DNA from: Phaeosaccion multiseriatum
Taxonomy: Eukaryota; Protista; Ochrophyta, other classes
Length of the DNA stretch: 64,000 nt
Assembly (NCBI GenBank): GCA_965112735.1
Contig: OZ218951.1
Span: forward strand, 4,836,001 to 4,900,000
Reading direction: 5' to 3'
Part shown: positions 60,396 to 64,000 of the stretch, one piece after another
Layout of the letters: every line of letters starts with the position of its first letter
Position numbering within the stretch: the first letter of the stretch is position 1
Translations under genes and position numbers: made by a program
Notes under the pieces: generated by a model
The model's input: only the letters and a program-made list of their open reading frames with translations
Told to the model about the DNA's origin: nothing
Databases searched by the model: none

Positions 60396-62226
60396 ACTCT
60401 CTCTCTCTCTCTGTCTGCTCTCATCTCTGTCCTTCCCCTCTCTCTATCTCTCTGCAGGCTTTGACTCCTTGGAGTACGCTGTCACCTCAATTCGAGGCTC
60501 GAACGGCTCCCCCGTCAAGGTCGACGTCTTGAGAGCTGGCACCAAATCCACAAAGGTGGACGCATGTGCATGTGTATGCATACACGCACTGAGCTCCACA
60601 CTCCCCCGCCTCGTCCTTCCTCTGCCTATCGATATATTGTTCTGTCGTTGCCTCTCTCTCTCTCTCTGCATCCTTCAAGTGTCTTGGCTGTCCCTCTGTC
60701 TGCGTCTGCCTGTCTCTTGTCTTGTCTCTCCCCACGTCTGTGTATATCGGTGTCTCCCGAGCTCAGCCTCTTTCTCATCTCAAAGCGTGAAGCCTCTGCG
60801 GATCTGTCTGTGCGGCCGCCTCGGGTGCCCCTTCCTTCCTCCCTCACTCACTCACTCACTCACTCACTCCGTACTTCAAACCAGTCTACATCACACATAC
60901 CCCCTCTCCATCCTTTTGCGGGGGCCCTCAGACCCTCTGACACAGACCCTCCCTCCCCTCCCTCCCCTCCCGCGCCCATCCTCTCTCTCGCCGGCCCTCC
61001 CCCCCCCTCTCTCCCTCTCTCTCTCCTTGCGTTGCTGACAAGCAAGGTGGTGAAGCTGAAGAAGCTGGAGAGCAACCCCAGCTACTACAGCATGGGTGTG
61101 CAGCTGTCCGCCAACGTGGATGGCGTGAAGCGTGTAATCCCCTCCAGCCCCGTTGAGACCGTTCAGTTGGCAGCGGCAGAAACTTCCACGGTCATCAGAG
61201 ACACCACCAAGGGGCTCTCACAGGTGGGGTGGGCGGCCATGGTGTGGTGTGTTGTATATCCAATTCAAGTCAGTTCTAGTCCTTTCCTTCTCCATCCAAT
61301 AGTGCTCCACGCGCACAGTGCTCAATCGAATCGGCGTTTCTATCGATCGATGATGCCACACACTAATCATGTTGGTGGGTATGGGTGTGATCAAAGATTA
61401 ATGGGGGTGTGGTCCCACCCATGTATTTTCAGTGCCTTACGATACCTTCCTCCTCGCCGCCGCTCCCTCAATCCCTCCCTGCTCCCTCCCTCCCTCCCTC
61501 CCTGCCTCCGTCCCTCCTTCTCACGCAGCTTCTCAGAGGCTCCGGCGGTCTCGGACAAGTGCAAGGCCCCGTAGGCGTTGTGAAGACAGGAGGAGAAATG
61601 GCGAGGGATGGAGGCGCTCGGTCGCTGCTGCCCTTTGCGGCCGTCATCTCCATCAACTTGGCCGTGGTCAATGCGCTGCCCTTCCCCGGGCTGGATGGGG
61701 GGCAAATGGCCTTCCTGCTACTCGAGCTCGTACAGGTACGCGTGTGTGCGGGTGGGTGTGTGCGTGTGTGGGCGTGTGTGGGTGTGGGTGTGGGTGTATG
61801 TGGGTTGGTGTGTGGGTTGGGCATTTGTGCATAGAGGAGTTGTCTGGTAGGGGCAGAGAGGTCCATGGTCGGCGGACATACTGCTGATTTGGCAGGGCGC
61901 AGCTGTCTTGTTCGGTGACTCCATCAAAGGAGGTATATATATATACGGCCTCGCCCCCCTCCGATCCCCTTTTTCCGTCTTCTCTCTACTCTCCTTCTCT
62001 CTCTTACGCTGTCTCTTGTGTACCCCCCTCTCGCATTCTCTCTTCCTCTTCCTCTGTCTCTCACTCCCTCTCTCCTGGTCCCCCCTCCCACTCTCCCTCT
62101 CCCACACCTTATCAGGGCAAGAAACTTGATCGCGAAGTGGCGGCCACAATAAACGGCGTGGCCTTCCTGCTGCTGCTTGCCCTGGGCATATCTGCCACAG
62201 TGGGTGACATAATGCTCCAAAAATAA
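58609..62226 (+). CDS. RseP/AraSP-like site-2 protease (M50 peptidase with PDZ), plastid-type; exons 58609-58993, 59132-59440, 59621-60016, 60458-60555, 61047-61223, 61529-61735, 62116-62226
   Basis: HECGH, FSVGFGP, YSLRAIPLGGYV, GVVAN, PDZ (AGLQEGD), GPVG, INLAVVNALPFPGLDGG; all joins phase-compatible. Confidence 0.92.
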
Positions 62227-62794
62227 ATCCATCCATCTTGTCAATAAAAACACCTCTGAAGTTCTCCCGAGGGGAGGACCCCTTTCACAAGTAGTAGTAC
62301 TGGGAGGACAAGTAGCTTACGTTAGCCTATTCAGGAAGAGGGGGGGGGGGGCGGCTAGCGGCGCCGTGCGGGCGTCGCCATTTTTTGTGGCGTTTCTGAA
62401 CTTGAAGTTCGTCGCCGCCCTACTGGAAAGGCAAACGTCCCCCTCCTTCCTCTAAAGTTCCGTACGCTGCTGGTACTATAACGATGGAAATGACAAGGTA
62501 GAGAAACCCAAAGCCAGCCTAGCAGCCAGCCTTGCCTCTATTAGCTTATCTATGATCTATGTGTCTATCTTAAAACGACCACGGCTGGCGGATAGTGGCG
62601 CTGTACAATAGGCCACCATGCATTGTCCGATGCCTGGCCCTTCCTTCACATCCTACTACTACTTACATAAACGAGAGAGATATATACGGTATTCCATACA
62701 AACACGGAGTCTGGAGAATCTGCAACACGCAACAAGCTGCGCCTTCCCGACCACATCTCAACTATCGTATGAGTTGATGCCGCCCGACACCACC

Positions 62795-64000
62795 TCAAAC
62801 GGGGCAAGCCTGGAAGCGGCCGAAACCGCAATAGCGGCATTCACTCGTGGAAACCTTCTTGATCAAGGCCCCGCAGCCAAGGCCGCTGTCCTCGTACTGT
62901 CCGGGGGGGGGCGACTCGCCGCCGGGGCACGTCTTGTCGAAGACGCAGGGCTCGTAGGGGTTGGCGGCGAGACAGGCAGCGGCGCACTCGTCCGGGACAG
63001 GCGCGTAGGTCGGAGGGTGGGTAGGAGGGGGTGTGGTCAGGTAGGTAGGAGGAGGGGTGGGCACGTAGGTGGGAGGAGGAGTGGCGACGTAGGTCGGCGT
63101 TGGCGTGGGCGGGTCGTCACAGCCGGGCTTGGGGGGGCAGCTGGTGTCCGCGGGGCAGCTGGCGTCGCCAGAGAGCATGTCGCACCTACGGCAGGTCGGC
63201 ATACCGAACAGGTTGCACCCCTGCTGATTGCGGGCCGCATATGAGCGGCTCGTGCTGCGGCCGGAGCAGGAGTTGTCGATGAAGCAGGTGAGACCCTGAG
63301 CGCCGCACATGTTCTGGCACTGGGTGCAGTCTTGGTCCAGGCAGTCCTCTGCGCGGGTAGGCGAAGACACAAGAGGGGGGGGGGGGGCGGTGAGGGGCAT
63401 GGGTGTGATTCAGTGCTGGGTGAGAGAAGAGACAGGCATTGTGAGCGGAAACGCAAGGCAGCAGCAGTGGTGGTGCCGCTTGAACGTGATTGATTGAGGA
63501 AGGCATCGAAGCAAGCGGAGGCACAGTTTTCGTACCTGGCGGGGTCGGAGGGGGTGTGGTCGGGTAGGTCGGAGGGGGTGTGGTCGGGTAGGTAGGAGGA
63601 GCAGGAGTGGGGTCGCCGGTCGGCGTTGGCGTGGGCGCGTCGTAACAGCCGGGCTTGGGGGGGCAGCTGGTGTCCGCGGGGCAGCTGGCGTCGCCATAGA
63701 GCTTGTCGCACCTGCGGCAGGTCGGAATGCCGAAGAGGTTGCACCCCTGTTGATTGCGGGCCGCATATGAGCGGCTCGTGCTGCCGCCGGAGCAGGAGTT
63801 GTCGATGAAGCAGGTGAGACCCTGGGCGCCGCACAAGTTCTGGCACTGGGTGCAGTCTTGATCCAGGCATTCCTCTGTTCGAGTAGGCGAGGACACAAGA
63901 GGGGGGGGGGGCGGTGAGGGGCATGGGTGTGATTCAGTGCTGGGTGAGAGAGGAGACAGGCATTGTGAGCGGAAACGCAAGGCAGCAGCAGTGGTGGTGC
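62795..64000 (-). CDS. 3' part of a Cys-rich, Pro/Thr-linker repeat protein, probably extracellular; exons 63874-63536 and 63348-62795; continues beyond window
   Basis: Two near-identical Cys modules CLDQDCTQCQN.C...CFIDNSC...GCNLFG.PTCRRC, each with a duplicated intron at ~525-bp period; terminal GLGC..CRYCGFG motif. Confidence 0.8.

Overview
Eukaryotic nuclear DNA, probably from an ochrophyte (stramenopile) alga. This rests on GT-AG introns full of microsatellites and on plastid-type genes such as an HHL1-like protein with a signal peptide + 'AF' leader and an RseP/AraSP-like protease. The main feature is a ~17 kb locus (about 4.2-21.1 kb) of four tandem ~2.3 kb units, each carrying an intact two-exon gene for an 8-repeat ankyrin protein. 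The four proteins differ mostly at the classic ankyrin binding-surface ('DARPin-randomised') positions, are mosaics of one another, and share an invariant 47-aa C-terminal tail. Each of the three internal spacers carries non-LTR retrotransposon DNA of the RLE/CRE type. There are four separate insertions from two families, all within a ~115 bp window about 90-205 bp upstream of the ankyrin ATG. One family has two RING fingers ahead of RT-ZnF-RLE. The rest of the window holds an AT-hook protein, a family-16 methyltransferase, a GDA1/CD39 apyrase, a DnaJ-type Zn-finger protein, a fifth diverged ankyrin gene, a Myb/SANT-like protein, a selenoprotein H (in-frame TGA, with a candidate SECIS carrying a very long apical insert), membrane proteins, a Cys-rich exon-module protein, three MITEs and a 1.08 kb pure (GAG)n tract. 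Gene models were spliced by eye and no database searches were run.
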